Shown piece by piece: positions 5,205-5,959 of a stretch of DNA of 5,959 nucleotides. This DNA comes from a virus. Under the pieces are notes generated by a model. That model did no database searches. It was not told where the DNA came from and saw only the letters and a list, made by a program, of their open reading frames with translations. Every line of letters begins with the position of its first letter. The stretch's first letter is position 1. The stretch lies in the IMG/VR virus record IMGVR_UViG_3300045988_005395, positions 1 through 5,959 of that record, one strand, 5' to 3'. Both the position numbers and the translations under genes were made by a program.

Positions 5205-5351
5205 CCTGTTGAAAGTGTTGAAAGTGTTGAAAAAGAGAATAAAGGCCGTCCGACGAGCAAAACCGAAAAGTTACGTCATGCTCTTCGTACGGCGCACCGC
5301 GCCTAGCGCATGACCTTCAAGACAAAATTCTTCTAATTTTTTCAAAAAACC

Positions 5352-5380
5352 TTGACTTTTTACAAAAAAAATGATAGAAT
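5352..5380 (+). promoter_or_regulatory. Sigma-70/SigA-type promoter with extended -10, driving the two small downstream ORFs
   Basis: TTGACT (5352..5357), a 17-nt spacer and TAGAAT (5375..5380), with TG at 5372..5373. An A/T-rich UP-like tract lies at 5324..5350. A perfect TATAAT also occurs at 5380..5385. Confidence 0.75.
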
Positions 5381-5406
5381 ATAATCACAGAAGGGAAGTG
5401 CTTAAG

Positions 5407-5586
5407 ATGAAGCAAAAGGAATACAAGTTCTTGGCAAAAATCACCTACAACGACGGCAAAGAAGAGTTAAATCCTTTTATCGACTACACGGCAAGCGCAA
5501 GAGCGCGAGCCAAAAAAGTAGCAAGGAGACCAGACGTGTACACGGTAAACCTATACAGGATAGACAAAACCGAAGAATTCATCTAA
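5407..5586 (+). CDS. Hypothetical 59-aa protein, function unknown. The track ORF starts at 5371, but that ATG lies inside the promoter
   Basis: ATG 5407 is downstream of the predicted transcription start (about 5387), with a purine-rich AAGGGAAG at 5391..5398. The sequence is MKQKEYKFLAKITYNDGKEELNPFIDYTASARARAKKVARRPDVYTVNLYRIDKTEEFI. I recognise no family. Confidence 0.55.
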   Translation: MKQKEYKFLAKITYNDGKEELNPFIDYTASARARAKKVARRPDVYTVNLYRIDKTEEFI

Positions 5587-5613
5587 AGGCTGAATCAAAG
5601 GAAGGCAACAAAA

Positions 5614-5811
5614 ATGAAAAAGCCTAAACTGAACGAAAGAACCATCACAAGACTCGAAACCTACGGACAAGTATGGTGCAGCAGATATTACTACGAACTG
5701 AAAGACTACGTAGACACAGAAGGAAATTGTTACACGATACTTGAACGGACAAATCTTAGAACCGGTGACGTAGACGAATTCAATTGGGAAGGATACACTA
5801 AAGAGGCTTGA
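5614..5811 (+). CDS. Hypothetical 65-aa protein, function unknown
   Basis: ATG 5614 is preceded by AAGGAAGG (5598..5605) at 8-nt spacing. The stop codon TGA (5809..5811) lies in the terminator hairpin. I recognise no family. Confidence 0.6.
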   Translation: MKKPKLNERTITRLETYGQVWCSRYYYELKDYVDTEGNCYTILERTNLRTGDVDEFNWEGYTKEA

Positions 5812-5831
5812 CAAGCCTCTTTTTTTTTTTT
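5800..5831 (+). terminator. Intrinsic terminator of the small-ORF cassette
   Basis: GAGGCTT (5803..5809) pairs with AAGCCTC (5813..5819) around the loop GAC. The stem is extendable by A:T pairs to 10 bp (5800..5809 with 5813..5822). A 12-nt T-run (5820..5831) starts immediately after the core stem, and its first three T form those A:T pairs. Confidence 0.85.
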
Positions 5832-5836
5832 ATACT
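5808..5836 (+). promoter_or_regulatory. Main promoter overlapping the terminator; the -10 element is duplicated at 13..18 by the terminal redundancy
   Basis: Perfect -35 TTGACA (5808..5813), a 17-nt spacer made of the terminator 3' arm and T-tract, and -10 TATACT (5831..5836). The AGGAGG leader follows at 80..85 (5898..5903). Confidence 0.7.
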
Positions 5837-5959
5837 GAAAACAGTTAAACAGCACAAAAGTGCTTTTTTACAAAACCATTTATACAAAATAATTTTTAGG
5901 AGGTATGTGCTCTGACTCTCAAGGAAATTGACGCGCTGTTTAACAACATCCGCAAAATC
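5819..5959. repeat. Terminal redundancy, copy B (identical to 1..141)
   Basis: See copy A. Identical over all 141 nt by direct reading. Confidence 0.96.

Larger units (their letters stand above)
5058..5233 (+). promoter_or_regulatory. Same-orientation array of TGTTGAAA iterons interleaved with two DnaA boxes
   Basis: Perfect TGTTGAAA starts at 5058, 5066, 5151, 5207, 5216 and 5225, including tandem 8-nt and 9-nt arrays. Variants are TGTTGATA (5120) and TGTTGAAT (5143). All lie on the + strand. Confidence 0.85.

Noticed and set aside
5058-5233. CRISPR array or tRNA/ncRNA gene in the repeat region
   Set aside because: The repeats are 8-9 nt, partly directly tandem, and have no spacer-sized unique intervals. 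No tRNA cloverleaf or T-loop (GTTCRANYC) motif is visible anywhere in 4897..5406.
5075-5260. Minus-strand 61-aa ORF across the repeat array
   Set aside because: Its sequence (STLSTLST...) is simply the translated TGTTGAAAG tandem repeats. It is on the strand opposite all genes and has no RBS.
5169-5306. Unlisted 45-aa + strand ORF (MHKNLCATFCGKPVESVESVEKENKGRPTSKTEKLRHALRTAHRA)
   Set aside because: No convincing RBS or promoter is present. The middle (VESVESVE) is just the tandem 9-nt repeats in frame. It lies between a terminator and the next promoter. It is kept only as a remote possibility.
5371-5406. ATG 5371 as the start of the first accessory ORF (track coordinates 5371..5586)
   Set aside because: This ATG sits between the -35 and -10 elements of the predicted promoter, upstream of the expected transcription start near 5387. 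ATG 5407 is the first start on the transcript.
5551-5814. Minus-strand 87-aa ORF antisense to the two small accessory ORFs
   Set aside because: It is a shadow frame of + strand ORFs that have their own promoter, RBSs and terminator. No minus-strand expression signals are present.

Overview
The window holds one complete circular ssDNA Microviridae genome (gokushovirus-like) of 5,818 nt, linearised with a 141-nt overlap (1..141 is identical to 5819..5959). All credible genes are on the + strand. The main block runs from about 202 to 4896. It encodes a 75-aa protein, an unlisted 39-aa highly basic J/VP8-like peptide, a 79-aa protein, the internal scaffold VP3, the major capsid VP1, the pilot/minor capsid VP2 and the HUH rolling-circle Rep VP4. 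Most genes in this block overlap or abut their neighbours (ATGA overlaps, TAAATG junction). A GC hairpin follows VP1 and a strong intrinsic terminator follows VP4. Next comes an unusually long non-coding region of about 510 nt (4897..5406), which is the most interesting part. It contains two alternating purine-pyrimidine GC tracts, a 25-nt pure A/T tract with (ATT)6, and five consecutive TAG trinucleotides. It also contains a same-orientation array of TGTTGAAA repeats, one perfect DnaA box (TGTGGATAA) and one near-perfect DnaA box (TGTGGAAAA). The order, orientation and spacing mimic a bacterial oriC unwinding module (DUE, DnaA-trios, G-cluster, DnaA boxes). A separate moron-like cassette follows: a near-consensus extended -10 promoter, two small ORFs of unknown function (59 and 65 aa) and a terminator that physically overlaps the TTGACA -35 of the main promoter. 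The strong AGGAGG-type ribosome-binding sites and TTGACA/TATAAT-type promoters suggest a Firmicutes-like (or proteobacterial) host rather than Bacteroidetes. All homology statements rest on remembered family motifs, because no searches could be run.
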